Positions 1 through 11,490 of a stretch of DNA of 47,896 bases are shown piece after piece. Every line of letters begins with the position of its first letter. Position 1 is the stretch's first letter. The notes beneath the pieces were generated by a model. The model did no database searches. It saw only the letters and a program-made list of their open reading frames with translations, and was not told the origin of the DNA. The DNA is taken from positions 930,001 through 977,896 of the forward strand of contig JAXLNO010000146.1 in assembly GCA_038087875.1 (NCBI GenBank). The letters run 5' to 3'. Both the position numbers and the translations under genes were made by a program. The DNA is from Malacoraja senta. Its lineage: Eukaryota.

Positions 1-1726
1 GAACAGGTACTTTGGATCCGTCTTCACTAAGGAGGACACAAACAATCTTCCTGATATACTAGTGCCAGAGGATCTGGGGTGACGGAGGAACTGAAGGAGA
101 TCCACATTAGGCAGGAAGTGGTGTTGGGTAGACTGATGGGACTGAAGGCTGATAAATCCCCAGGGCCTGATGGTCTGCATCACAGGGTACTTAAGGAAGT
201 GGCTCTAGAAATCGTGGATGCATTGGTGATAATTTTCCAATGTTCTATAGACTCAGGATTGGAGGGCATCTAATGTTATCCCACTTTTTAAGAAAGGCTG
301 TGGAGAGAAAACAGGGAATTATAGACCAGTTAGCCTGACATCGGTGGTGGGGAAGATGCTGGAGTCAATTATAAAAGATGAAATAGCCGCCCATTTGGAT
401 AGCTGTAACAGGATCGGTCCGAGGCAGCATGGATTTACGAAGAGGAAATCATGCTTGACTAATCTTCTGGAATTTGTTGAGGATGTGACTAGGAAAATGG
501 ACAAGGGAGAGCCAGTGGATGTATTGTACCTGGACTTTCTGAAAGCATTTGATAAGGTCCCACATAGGAGATTAGTGGGCAGAATTAGGGCACATGGTAT
601 TGGGGGTAGAGTGCTGACATGGATAGAAAATTGGTTGGTAGACAGGAAACAAAGAGGGGGGATTAACGGGCCCCTTTCAGAATGGCAGGCAGTGACTAGT
701 GGGGTACCGCAAGGCTCGGTGCTGGGACCGCAGCTATTTACAATATACATCAATGATTTGGATGAAGGGATTCAAAGTAACATTAGCAATTTTGCAGATG
801 ACACAAAGCTGGGTGGCAGTGTGAACTGTGAGGAGGATACTATGAGAATGCAGGGTGACTTGGAGAGGTTGGAGGAGTGGGCAGATGCATTGCAGATGAA
901 GTTTAATGTGGATAAATGTGAGGTTATCCACTTTGGTATAAAAAACCGGAAGGCAGATTACTGTCTAAATGGCGTCAAATTGGGAAAAGGGGAAGTACAA
1001 CGGGATCTGGGGGTCCTTGTTCATCAGTCTATGAACGTAAGCATGCAGGTACAGCAGGCAGTGAAGAAAGCGAATGGCATGTTGGCCTTTATAACAACAG
1101 GAGTCGGGTATAGGAGCAAAGAGGTCCTTCTGCAGTTGTACAGGGCCCTAGTGAGACCACAACTGGAGTATTGTGTGCAGTTTTGGTCCCCTAATTTGAA
1201 GAAGGAAATTCTTGCTGTTGAGGGAGTGCAGCGTAGGTTTACAAGGTTAATTCACGGGATGGCGGGACTGTCATATGCTGAGAGAATGGAGCAGCTGGGC
1301 TTGTACACTCTGGAGTTTAGAAGGATGAGAGGGTATCTTATTGAAACATATAAGATTGTTAAGGGTTTGGACACGCCAGAGGCAGGAAACATGTTCCAGA
1401 TGTTGGGGGAGTCCAGAACCAGGGGCCACAGTTTAAGAATAAGGGGTAAGCCATTTAGAACGGAGACGAGGAAACACTTTTTCTCACAGAGTGTTGTGAG
1501 TCTGTGGAATTCTCTGCCTCAGAGGGCGGTGGAGGCCGGTTCTCTGGATACTTTCAAGAGAGAGCTAGATAGGGCTCTTAAAGATAGAGGAGTCAGGGGA
1601 TATGGGGAGAAGGCAGGAACGGGGTACTGATTGGGGTTGATCAGCCATGATCACATTGATTGGCAGTGCTGGCACGAAGGGACGAATGGCCTGCTCCTGC
1701 TCCTATTGTCTCTTGTCTATTGTCTA
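1..1726 (+). mobile_element. CR1-clade LINE, 3' part (ORF2 RT + 3'UTR + (ATTGTCT)n-like tail); runs off the left edge of the window
   Basis: KADKSPGPDG motif (79-273 ORF); RT ORF 344-1630; 3'UTR ending cctattgtctcttgtctattgtcta (1702-1726); stop/indels around 250-305 separate the upstream part. Confidence 0.95.
344..1630 (+). CDS. CR1 ORF2 reverse transcriptase, open 428-aa C-terminal fragment
   Basis: QHGF, LDFx[22 protein letters not shown] catalytic motif, C-terminal GYGEKAGTGY*. Confidence 0.9.
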   Translation: MVGKMLESIIKDEIAAHLDSCNRIGPRQHGFTKRKSCLTNLLEFVEDVTRKMDKGEPVDVLYLDFLKAFDKVPHRRLVGRIRAHGIGGRVLTWIENWLVDRKQRGGINGPLSEWQAVTSGVPQGSVLGPQLFTIYINDLDEGIQSNISNFADDTKLGGSVNCEEDTMRMQGDLERLEEWADALQMKFNVDKCEVIHFGIKNRKADYCLNGVKLGKGEVQRDLGVLVHQSMNVSMQVQQAVKKANGMLAFITTGVGYRSKEVLLQLYRALVRPQLEYCVQFWSPNLKKEILAVEGVQRRFTRLIHGMAGLSYAERMEQLGLYTLEFRRMRGYLIETYKIVKGLDTPEAGNMFQMLGESRTRGHSLRIRGKPFRTETRKHFFSQSVVSLWNSLPQRAVEAGSLDTFKRELDRALKDRGVRGYGEKAGTGY

Positions 1727-1985
1727 ATATGCCACTCTCTGCCACTCCCCCATAAATAGGAATCTCTCCCCTCGATTATCCCCTCGATTGTCTGACCAAC
1801 CGAGTCGTATTGTTTACACTCGAGTTTACTTGCAAACATATCTTGGCAACAAGTAATTTGTAGTTCACACTCCATCCACCCCCTTCCCCCCACCCCTCCC
1901 GCCATCCTTTAATCACAAAGTAAGAATGAATCACCCAAGTAAGAAATCTAAGGAAAGGTAGCACAAGCCCACAACATTGGACATC

Positions 1986-2715
1986 TTTAGTTTAGTTAAA
2001 AAATACAACTCGAAAACAAACACGCCCTCCTGCCCACAGACCGCACCGACCAGTGATCCCCGCACACTTACGCTAAATCCCACGCATACACTACCACTAT
2101 CCCACGCACACTAACACTATCCCACACACACTAACACTATCCCACACACACTAACACTATCCCACACACACTAGCACTATCCCACACACACTAACACTAT
2201 CACACACACACTAACACTATCCCACACACACTAGCACTATCCCACACACACTAACACTATCACACACACACTAACACTATCCCACACGCACACTAACACT
2301 ATCCACACACACACTAACACTATCCCACACACACTAACACTATCCCACACGCACACTAACACTATCCACACACACACTAACACTATCCCACACACACTAA
2401 CACTATCCCACACGCACACTAACACTATCCACACACACACTAACACTATCCCACACACACTAACACTATCCCACACACACTAACACTATCCCACACACAC
2501 TAACACTATCCCACACACACTAGGGACAATTTATAATTTTTTACCAAGCCAATTAGCCTATAAACCTGTGCGTCTTTGTAGTGTGGGAGGAAACCGGAGA
2601 TCCCAGAGAAAACCCACGCAGGTCACAGGGAAAATGTACAAACTCCGTACAGAGAACACCCATAGTCAGGATGGAACCTGGGTCTCTGGCGCTACAAGGC
2701 AGCAACTCGACAGCT
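1986..2715 (-). mobile_element. tRNA-derived V-SINE (HE1-like) with internal minisatellite expansion
   Basis: reverse complement carries the V-domain-like gagtttgtacattttccctgtgacctgcgtgggttttctctgggatctccggtttcctcccaca and an (AAACT)n-like tail at 1986. Confidence 0.8.
2092..2521. repeat. ~20-bp minisatellite (cccacacacactaacactat)n, ~21 copies
   Basis: tandem units directly visible; variants with an extra gc/ac give 21-22-bp units. Confidence 0.95.
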
Positions 2716-3119
2716 CCTACATTTTTAATGGCCTCCATATTTTAGAGACAGCCTTCAATATTTTTGATGGGATAATAAATATACATTTCTCGAGATATAG
2801 GAAACACGTTTGATATACAAGAAGGGGTAACTATAGCCTTGCAGGGCTTATCTAAACTTATCTCAAAGAATTCAACTATGTGTTTACAACAGCAATAAGT
2901 AAGTATAAAGATACAATGGGAAATAATAATGGTAATAATGAACAAGACCAAGACTTAAAGTAATGACGTTGACCAGCCACCATCCCACCCTTCACACCCG
3001 TCCCCCAGCAGTCTGGTCACCCATCAACTCTCTCTACCCCACCAATGCCACGTCTAGACACTCTCTTGGTCCACTGCAGTCCCCGAGCCTGAACCACACT
3101 GTGAGCCCCAGGTAATACA

Positions 3120-3495
3120 TCAGGACCAGGCACTGGTCAGGCCACATTTGGAGTATTGCGAGCAATTTTGGGCCCCAGATCCGAGGAAGGATGTGCTGGC
3201 TCTGGACAAGGTACAGTAGAGGTTCATAAGAATGATCCTGGGAATGAGCGGGTTAACATATGATGTGCATTTGACGGCACCTGGGCCTGTACTCACTGAA
3301 GTTCAGAAGGAAGAAGGGGAACCTCATTGAAACTTAGCAAATAGTGAAAGGCTTGGATAGAGTGGATGAGCAGAGGATGTTTCCACTAGTGGGAGTCTAA
3401 GACTAGAGGTCACAGCCTCAGTATTAAAGGACGCTCGTTTATGGCAGAGTTGACTTGATGGGCCAAGCGGTCTAATTCTGCTCATATCACTTATG
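3120..3495 (+). mobile_element. degenerate CR1 3' fragment
   Basis: ggcactggtcaggccacatttggagtattg...gactagaggtcacagcctcag, homologous to the RT C-terminal region; ttatgacc tail. Confidence 0.8.
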
Positions 3496-4579
3496 ACCTG
3501 ATGACCACACTGATCTTCTCAGCCAAGTCCAGAACCAGGCCAACACACAGCCCCAAACTCAGGAGTACTGTACTGGAAGGTACATTTGTATTACAGTCAC
3601 ACTGGGGGACAGGTATGTCTGTGCTGGAAAACTGGGCAGGGCGGGTCTGGCTGTGCTGGAAAACTGAGCAGGTCAGGCAGCATCTGTCGAGGGAAATGGA
3701 CCATCGTCGCTCTGTTTGGGACCTGGCGGGGGGGCTGTTGCCAGGTGCAGCGGCAAGCAGAGGATAGGACTGTTCAGTGACCTTTTGTAACATTGTCGCT
3801 GCCAGTAACGTGGTGAACTGCCTTGGTGAGGTCTGCTGTATGATTTTACCGGGTTGTATCCAAAACAAAGCAATTCCCTGTGCCCTGGTGCATGTGACAA
3901 TAAAGTATAATTTAATCCCATCATTCTTCAGACAAATCACTAGATGTTATTGCCGGTTAGCTTTCTGTGACCCAGGAAAACATTAACTTTGAAGATCAAT
4001 TTTTAATCAGCACTTTATCAAGTTATTTGCCAATATTATTTTCCACCACATTGTATCCCATCAGCCATGTTACAAATGTGGGCAGCATTTTCTAGATGTT
4101 GGGGATTGAAGGGGGAGATCTGATAGAAGTATATAAAATTATAAGAGGCATAAATAGGGCAGACAATCAAAACCTTTTCCATAGGGTGGAAATGTCCAAA
4201 ACGAGAGGGCAGAGCTGCAAGGTCAGAGGCAGAAATATTAAAGGAAATATGTGGATTAAGTGTATTTCTTTACACAGAGAGGTGGTGGATATCTGACAGG
4301 GGTAACGGAGGAGACTGATATGATAGTGGCTAAGTGGCATTAGATAAGCACATGCAGGGAATGGAGGGATATGGATCAGGTTCAGGCAGAGGAGAATAGT
4401 TTAACTTGCCATATTGTTCGGCACACACATTGTGGGCAGAAGGGTCGGTACCAGTACTATATTTTTTCAACGTTCTTGCTCACAGTCAATATCCCTTTTG
4501 AAGTTTCCTTGTATCAAATCACAACCTCACCTCTTCCTTCCACCAGCTTTTTCCATCACTGCCCGTTTATCTCCCTCCT

Positions 4580-5958
4580 AGGTAGGAAAAGGGATGAGGT
4601 CCTGCGGAGTGAATACAGGGAGTTAGGCAAAAGGCTAAAGTGCAGGACCTCCAGGGTAGTAATCTCTGGTCTGCTCCCAGTGCCACGTGCTAGTGAGGGC
4701 AAGAACAGGAAGATAGGACGTGAATGAGCAACTGAGGTGTTAGTGCAGGGGGCAGGGATTCAGATTCTTGGACCATTGGGATCAGTTCTGGGGCAGAGGT
4801 GACCTGTGGAAGAGGGATGGGTTGCAGCTGAACTGGAGGGGAACCAATATCCTGGCACGTATGTTTACTAATGCTACTCGTGTTGGTTTTTAACTAGATT
4901 GGCAGGGGGATGTGATCCAAAGCAGGAGTGATGCAGGTCAGAGGCTGGAGGTTGATGAAAGCAAGGTCTGCAGGAGCAAAGCTGGGAGTGAGCAAGTACT
5001 GTTGGATTCATTAGCATCTATTTCAATGCAAAAGGCGTGCTGGGTTAGGTGGATGAAAACAGGGCATGGATAGGTAGGTACGTGCGACTGGAATGTTATA
5101 GCCGTTACGGAAGCCTGGTTAAGGGAGGGACAGGACTGGCAGCTTAATGTTTCAGGGACAAACACACATTGCTGGAGTAACTCAGCAGGTCAGGCAGCAT
5201 CTCTGGAGATGTGGATTAGATGACGTTTCTGTTCAAGACCCTTCTTCAGACCTGAATTATTTTATTCAATTACGATTCCTTTTCTCCAGGGATGCTACCT
5301 GACCCTGAGTTATTCCAGCATTTTGTGTCTATCGTTGGTGTAAACCAACATCTCAGCAGGTCTGAAGAAGGGCCTCGACCCAAAACGTCACCTATTCCTT
5401 TTCTCAAGAGATGCTGTCTGACCCGCTGAGTTACTCCAGCTTTTGTGTCTCAATTCCTTCCAACACATTAACGTTTCAGGGTACAGATGCTGAAGGTGAG
5501 ATAGAGATGTGGATAAAAGAGAAGGGGCAGTTGCTTTACTGATTAAGGAGAACTTCATTGCAATTATTTGGGGTGAAGTTAATGATGATTCATCCAGTGA
5601 GGCTATATGGGTGGAGCTGAGAAATAAAAAAGGGGATGGTCACCTTGTTGAGAGTGTACTATAGGCTGACAAATAGCCAACATGAATAAGAGCTAATATG
5701 CCAGGCGATTACAGGCAGTTGCGAGAATAATAAGGATGTCAGAGTTGGGGATTTTAACCTTCCCAATATAGACGAGGAATGCCACAGCATCAAGGGCTTA
5801 GACGGGATGGAATTTGTCAAATGACTGAAGTGTCGGAGGGTGAGGCTTTTGGGATATTGACCACAATTAAATTAGCTTTATGTCTATGGATAAGAGCAGG
5901 GCTGGTCTTCAAGTTAAAGTTCTGAATTGGGGCAAGACCAACTTTGATGGTATTAGAG
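4580..5958 (+). mobile_element. degenerate CR1 5' part: ORF1 SGNH-esterase domain and ORF2 APE endonuclease, interrupted at ~5160-5465
   Basis: RTSRVVISGLLPVPRASEGKNRKIG, GFRFLDHW, DGLQLNWRGTNILA (ORF1 esterase-like); AVTEAWL and GDFNLP (endonuclease). Confidence 0.75.
5161..5465. mobile_element. Penelope-associated short repeats in inverted arrangement (hammerhead-motif family)
   Basis: tgctggagtaactcagcaggtcaggcagcatctctggaga followed by two reverse-complement copies; ctgaagaagggcctcgacccaaaacgtc at 5362-5389. Confidence 0.7.
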
Positions 5959-5984
5959 ATAGATACAAACTGCTGGAATAACAG

Positions 5985-6198
5985 AAAAATATGTGCAGGA
6001 GTAGGCTAGTCGAGCCAGCACCGCAATTCAATATGATCATCGCTGATCATCTAAAATCAGTACCCCGTTCCTGCTTTTTCCCCATATCCCTTGATTCCTT
6101 TAGCCCGAAGAGCTGAATCTAACTCCCTCGTGAAAACATCCAGTGAATTAACCTCCACTGCCTTTTGTGGCAGAGAATTCCACAGATTCACAACTCTC
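5985..6198 (-). mobile_element. CR1 3'-terminal fragment
   Basis: cagtaccccgttcctgctttttccccatatccc = reverse complement of the GYGEKAGTGY terminus. Confidence 0.85.
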
Positions 6199-6700
6199 CT
6201 GCTGAGACCACACCTGGAATATTGTGTGAGGATTTAGTCTCCAAATTTGAGCAAGGACATTCTTGCTATTGAGCGAGTGCAGCGTACGTTCACGAGGTTA
6301 ATTCCTGGAATGGATGGGCTGTCATATGTTGAAAGAATGGAGCGACTGTATACACTGGAATTTAGAAAGATGAGAGGGGATCTTATTGAAACATACACTG
6401 TGAGATTATTAGGGGATTGGATAGTGTAGATGCAGGAAAAATGTTGCCAATGTTGGGCGAGTGCAGAACCAGGGCCACAGTTTAAAATTAAGGAGTGGGC
6501 CATTTAGAACGGAGATGAGAAAAAACGTGTTCACCCTGAGAGTTGTGAATCTGTGGAATTCTCTGCTTGAGAAGACAGTGGAGGTCGATTCTCTGGATGC
6601 TTTCAAGAGATAGTTAGATAGAGCTCTTAAAGATAGCGGAGTCATGGGATTATGGGGAGAAGGCAGGAATGGGGTACTGATTGTGGATGATCATCCATGA
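6199..6700 (+). mobile_element. CR1 3' fragment
   Basis: KDILAIERVQRTFTRLIPGM...; ggggagaaggcaggaatggggtactga terminus. Confidence 0.85.
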
Positions 6701-6709
6701 CTAATAATC

Positions 6710-8070
6710 TGGAAAGAGTGCAGAGAAGATTTACGATGAGGTTGCCAGGATGCGAGGGCCTGAGTTATAGGGAAATATTGGGCAAGCAGGCACTTTATTT
6801 TGCAGAGCGCAGGAAGCTAACGTTATGAGTGATCTTACAAAGATGTTTAAATTCATGAGAAATTAATAGGGAGAAATCACAGAGTCTTTTACCCATGATA
6901 GGGGAATCAAGAACCAGAGATCATAAGTTTAAGGTGAGGATGGAAAAGAATTAATAAGAACATGAAGGGCAACATTTTTTCACTCAGAGGGTGGTGGGTG
7001 TATGGAATAAATTGCCAGAGGAGGTATCGGTAGTTAAGGCAGGTACAATAACAACATTTAAAAGACACTTGGGCCTCAAATTTTTTTTTTTTTTAAGTAC
7101 TTTTGCACCCTATGTTTGTAATAATTCTATAAATCCAGACCACGTCAGGTGGAAATGATCTGGTTTACCTGCTAGGAGGAGTCTTATCTCTTCTAGGTGT
7201 AATGTTTCAAACATATTTGAAATCCACATATTTATAGTTGGTATTGGAGCCTTCCAAAATTTTAGAATTAGCTTTTTTCCAGTTATTAACCCATAGTCCA
7301 TTAGTTTCTTTTGAAACACATTTAGTTCTGGACCATCTTCCGTTATACCGAAGATAATCCATTCTGCTTTGGGTATCAGTCTTGTTTTAAATAACTTTGT
7401 AAAGATTTCGAAAATTTCATTCCAAAATTTTTGAATTTTTGTACAAGAAACAAATGAGTGCGTTATGGTAGCTTCTTGGGATTGACATTTATCACAAATA
7501 GATGATACATTTGGGAAAATTTTATGAATTTTAGTTTTCGAATAATATAATATTTTAAAAAAATTGAGGTCAGGTAAGGGGGGATGTTGAAGAGTTGGTA
7601 TGTCCCATTTACGTAATGCTCATAAAAATATTTGTTTCTCTCTTTTTCCTCTTTCTCTCTTTCTTTCTTTCCTAGGGTCTATTTCTTAACTCTTTTTCTT
7701 TTGTTTTTAATTTTGCTCTTATAGGGTCTTCGTCCTTTTTTGTTGTCACATTTCCTACACTTTCACTTTTTCCTTCACTTTCTTTCTTTCAATCTTTTCC
7801 TTTTCGAGTGTAAGAAATAAATGGAGTACATTAATTGTAAGAAGATATAAATGACAAGTACTAATGTATGTGGTTGTAATGTAATGTACTTCTAATAAAA
7901 TACAAATTAAAAAAAAAAAAAAAAAAAAAAAGACACTTGGGCAGCTACATGGACAGGAAAGGTTCAGCTGGACATGGACCTAATACAGGCAAATTGGAGT
8001 AGCTTGGATGGGACATCTTGGACAGCAATGGATGAATTGGGTCAAAGGGCCTGTTCCTGTGCTGCATGAA
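6710..8070 (+). mobile_element. older CR1 3' fragment split by the L1 insertion at 7075-7927
   Basis: ctggaaagagtgcagagaagatttacg...acatttaaaagacacttgggc, resuming agctacatggacaggaaagg after the insertion. Confidence 0.75.
7075..7927 (+). mobile_element. 5'-truncated, 5'-inverted L1 (inverted ORF2 C-terminus 7075-~7550; sense 3'UTR + polyA ~7551-7927)
   Basis: minus strand: ICDKC..ATITHSFVSC..FW zinc knuckle and LHLEEIRL..W..F C-terminus; plus strand: AATAAA + A-tail 7909-7931; TSD aaaagacacttgggc at 7060-7074 and 7928-7942; TT/AAAA target. Confidence 0.9.
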
Positions 8071-8344
8071 TGTCCATAATCCTCCCCCCCCACCCCCCAC
8101 ACTCAATGAACCACCATCACCCCGTCACCACTCCCTGCACGACAACAACCCTATCATGGAATAGATAGTTTGGATGCATAGAGTACTTCACCAGGATTAG
8201 GGGAATCAAGAACCAGAAGACATAGGTTTAAGGTGACAGGGGAAAAATTTAATAGGAACCCGAATCAGTCACAGAGTGGTGGGTATATGGACAAGCTATC
8301 AGAGGAGGGAGTTGAGGCAGGGGCATAGAAATCATACTGAAGGT

Positions 8345-9260
8345 ACATACAAAATGCTGGAGTAACTCAGCGGGACAAGCAGCATCTCTGGAGAGAAGGA
8401 ACGGGTGACGTTCGGGTCGAGACCCTTCTTCAGACTGATGTCAGCGGAGTGGGTGGTACAGAGATAAAACGGAGACAGTAAGAACTGGGAAGGGGGTGGG
8501 GATGGGGAGAGAGGGAAAGCAAGGGCTACTTGAAGTTAGTGAAGTCAATGTTCATACCGCTGGGGTGTAAACTACCCAAGCGAAATACGAGGTGCTGTTT
8601 CTCCAATTTGCGCTGGGCCTCACTCTGACAATGGAGGAGGTCCAGGACAGAAAGGTCAGATTGGGAGTGGGAGAGGAAGTTAAAGTGCTGAGCAACCATG
8701 AAATCTGGTAGGTTTAGGCAGACTGAGCAGAGGTGTTCAGCGAAATGATCGCCGAGCCTGCGCTTGGTGTTGCCGATATACAGGAGTTGATACCTGGAGC
8801 AGTGGACCCAGTATGTGGTTGGAGGAGGTGCAAGTGAACCTCTGCCTCACCTGAAAAGACTGTCGGGGTCCTTGGACGGAGTCGAGGGAGGAGGAAAAGG
8901 GACAAGTGTTGCATCTCCTGCAGCTGCAGGGAACAGTACTTGGGGTGGTGGTGGTTTGGGTGGGTTAGGACAAGTTGAGTAGAGAGTTGCGGAGGGAACG
9001 GTCTCTGTGGAAAGCAGAATGCGGTTGGGATGGGAAGATGTGGCCAGTAGTGGGATCCCATTGGAGGTGGCGAAAATGTCGCAGGATTATATGCTGTATG
9101 CGACGGCTGTTGGGGTGGAAGGTGAGGACTAGGGGGACTCTGTCCTTGTTACATGTGGGGGGGGGAGCGGAGCTGTGGGATATCGAGGAGACCTTAGTGA
9201 GAGCCTCATCTATAATGGAACAGGGGAACTCCCATTCCCTACAGAAATCAGACAGTTGGG
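8345..9260 (-). mobile_element. Penelope-like element 3' part (RT-EN linker, GIY-YIG region) with terminal repeat
   Basis: NKDRVPLVLTFHPNSRRIQHIILRHFRHLQWDPTTGHIFP..AFHRDRSLRNSL; KLEKQHLVFRLGSL-like segment near 8570-8610; hammerhead-motif repeat at 8350-8440. Confidence 0.8.
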
Positions 9261-9264
9261 TTGC

Positions 9265-9950
9265 ATCACAGCTTGGTTTGGGAAGAGCTCTGCCCATGAC
9301 TGCAAGTAATTGTAAAGAGTTGTGTAAAAGTAGCCCGCTCCATCACACAGACCATAAGACATGGGTGCAGAATTGGGTTGTTGAGTCCATCAAGTCTACT
9401 CTGCCATTCAATCATGGCTGATATATTTTTTCATCTCAACCTCATTCTCCTGCCTGTAACCTTTGACACACTTACCAATCAAGAATCTATCAATCTCTGC
9501 TTTAAAAATCCCAATGATGGCATCTACAGCTGTCTGTGGCAATAGGTTCCACAGATTCATCACACCCTCTTGCTAAAGAAATGAAGACTAAGCTCCCCAC
9601 TAGTGACTCCATCTACACATCACGCTGCCTCGGGAAAGCAGTCAACATAACCAAAGAATTTTGCACCCCCCTCTTTCCTTCTTCTCCTCGTTGGGTCAAA
9701 GATACAGAAGCTTGAAAGTACACACTACCAGACTCAGGAATGTTTATTCCCATATGGTATCAGCTTCTCAATGGCCCTTCCATAAACCAGGGTACAGTTT
9801 GATTTTGCTCCACCTCATTGTAGACCTTGGACTTTGTCTCTGAAACTGTTGCGCTACAATGTGGAAAACTATACTCTGCACTCTGTATCTTTCCCTTCGT
9901 TCTACATATTATACCCGAGTTTGACTTGAGTGTATTTATGTGGAGTATTA
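9265..9950 (+). mobile_element. Rex1/Babar-like LINE 3' fragment interrupted by a minus-strand CR1 tail (~9353-9585)
   Basis: tccatcacacagacc...gactccatctacacatcacgctgcctcgggaaagca; GQRYRSLKVHTTRLRN motif. Confidence 0.6.
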
Positions 9951-9953
9951 TGC

Positions 9954-10230
9954 AGGCAGCACAGTGGCGTAGAGAGGGTTGCTGCCTTACAGCCCCAGAG
10001 ATCCAGGTTCGATCTTGACTACGGATGCTGTCTGTACACAATTTGTACATTCTCCCTGTGACTGCGTGAGTTTCCCCCCACACGCCAAAGATGTACAGGT
10101 TACTAGGTTAATTGGCTTTGGTAAGTTATAAAATTATCCTTGGTATGTAGGATAGTGTTAGTGTAAGGGGTGATTGCTGGATGGCACAGACTTGATGGGC
10201 CAAAGGGTCTGTTTCCGTGCTATATCTCTG
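9954..10230 (+). mobile_element. tRNA-derived V-SINE
   Basis: A-box-like agtggcgtag, B-box ggttcgatc, V-domain-like core, CR1-like tail gggccaaagggtctgtttccgtgct. Confidence 0.8.
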
Positions 10231-10577
10231 ACATCTAACATAAATCTGATTTTGATTGGACAGCATGTAAAACAATATTTTTCACTTTACCTGGGTACAT
10301 GTGACAATAATAATCCTAAACCTAAAACTCAATTTAAAAGATGGTTGGACAGGTTTTGAGGGATACAAAACATGGGCAAATGAGATGAGCTTAGATGGGT
10401 TATCTGGGTTGGCATGGATACATTGGACAAAGGGGAAACATAAAAAACTGGAGTAACTCAGCGGGACAGGCAGCAACTGGAGAGACAGAATGGGTGACAT
10501 TTTGGATTGAGACCCTTCTTCAGATGTAGGTCCAAAGGGCCTGTCTCCATGCTGTTTGACTCTTTGAAGACACTTAC

Positions 10578-11024
10578 TTTGTATAGGATGTAAGCCTCCT
10601 CGATGGGGATGATGACGTGGCCTTGCTCTTGCTCACTGGAGCAAGAGCAAACCACACAGATGACACCCGACAGAAGAGCTTGTGCCACTCCTCGTGCCGC
10701 TGGCAGTAGAAGGCCGGCTGTCCCTGGCGGGGCTCCAGCTTCAGCCCCCTCACGCCCTCCACAATGTTGGCCAGCATGTGGTTGGGTTTCAACCTCTTCT
10801 CCTTGAACACCTCCCTGCACTCGGGGCAGGAGTAGAAGGTGTCATCCTTCTCCCAGCTCCGTGAGATGCACAGTCGGCAGAAGTTGTGGTCGCACTCCAG
10901 GGTCACCGGCTCCTGGAAGAAATCCAGGCAGATGGAGCAGGTCACCTCGGTGAAGAGTCTACCGATGGGTGGTAGGGAGGCCATTGTCCAAGGTCCAGCC
11001 TTCCCAGCAAACCTCCGTCAAAAT
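10578..11024 (-). pseudogene. TRIM-family (RING + B-box2) first coding exon, ATG 10984, frameshifted in the B-box
   Basis: C3HC4 RING CSIC..CDHNFCRLC..CPEC, LANIVE linker, B-box CQRH..KLFC; the rest (VICVVC..GHVIIPIEEAYILYK) is in another frame; acceptor ttttactgcacAG (AG 11026-11025), donor GTAAGT (10577-10572); ATG-to-donor 407 nt, not a multiple of 3. Confidence 0.8.
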
Positions 11025-11185
11025 CTGTGCAGTAAAACATAAACATGTAAATGTTGTGTCTTCCTGCGTTGTTTCATTGTTGATTAGGTGGAACCTGTGG
11101 TGTACATGTCCTATTTACTCCCAGTACCAATGTTCCTCTGGAGATCAGAGCATTCAACTTAGGCCAAAGCTCCAGCATGAAGGGA

Positions 11186-11490
11186 GTGGCGGCACAGTGA
11201 CGCAGCGGTAGAGTTGCTGCCTTACAGCACAAGAGGCCTGAGTTCGATCCTACGGGTGCAGTCTGTGCGGAGTTTGCACGTTCTGTCTGTGACCTCTGGG
11301 TTTTCTCTGGGTGCTCCAGTTTCCTCTCACATTCCAAAGAGGTGCAGGTTTGTAGGTTAATTGGCTTTATTGTAAATTGTCCCTAGTGGGTAGGATAGTG
11401 CGAGTGTACGGGGTGATCACTGGTCGGCATGGACTCGGTGGGTCAAACAGCCAGTTTTCACTCTGTATCTCTAACGTCTAAAGTCCAAAG
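11186..11490 (+). mobile_element. tRNA-derived V-SINE, near full length
   Basis: ggcacagtgacgcagcgg A-box region, gagttcgatcc B-box, gcggagtttgcacgttct...ggtgctccagtttcctctcaca V-domain. Confidence 0.85.

Noticed and set aside
2092..2521. CRISPR-like regular repeats (also 30862-31243)
   Set aside because: Contiguous tandem units without unique spacers, in eukaryotic DNA
2720..2950. Possible L1 ORF2 C-terminal remnant on the minus strand (LYLEK..KIWRP)
   Set aside because: Similarity too weak to call without a search
4531..4580. Possible downstream TRIM exon (GDKRAVMEKLVEGR|GTGAG, minus strand)
   Set aside because: Too short, no acceptor visible (abuts a CR1), no diagnostic motif
9954..10030. 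tRNA genes suggested by A/B boxes (also 11186, 14651, 18718, 44176)
   Set aside because: No cloverleaf; each continues into a V-SINE body
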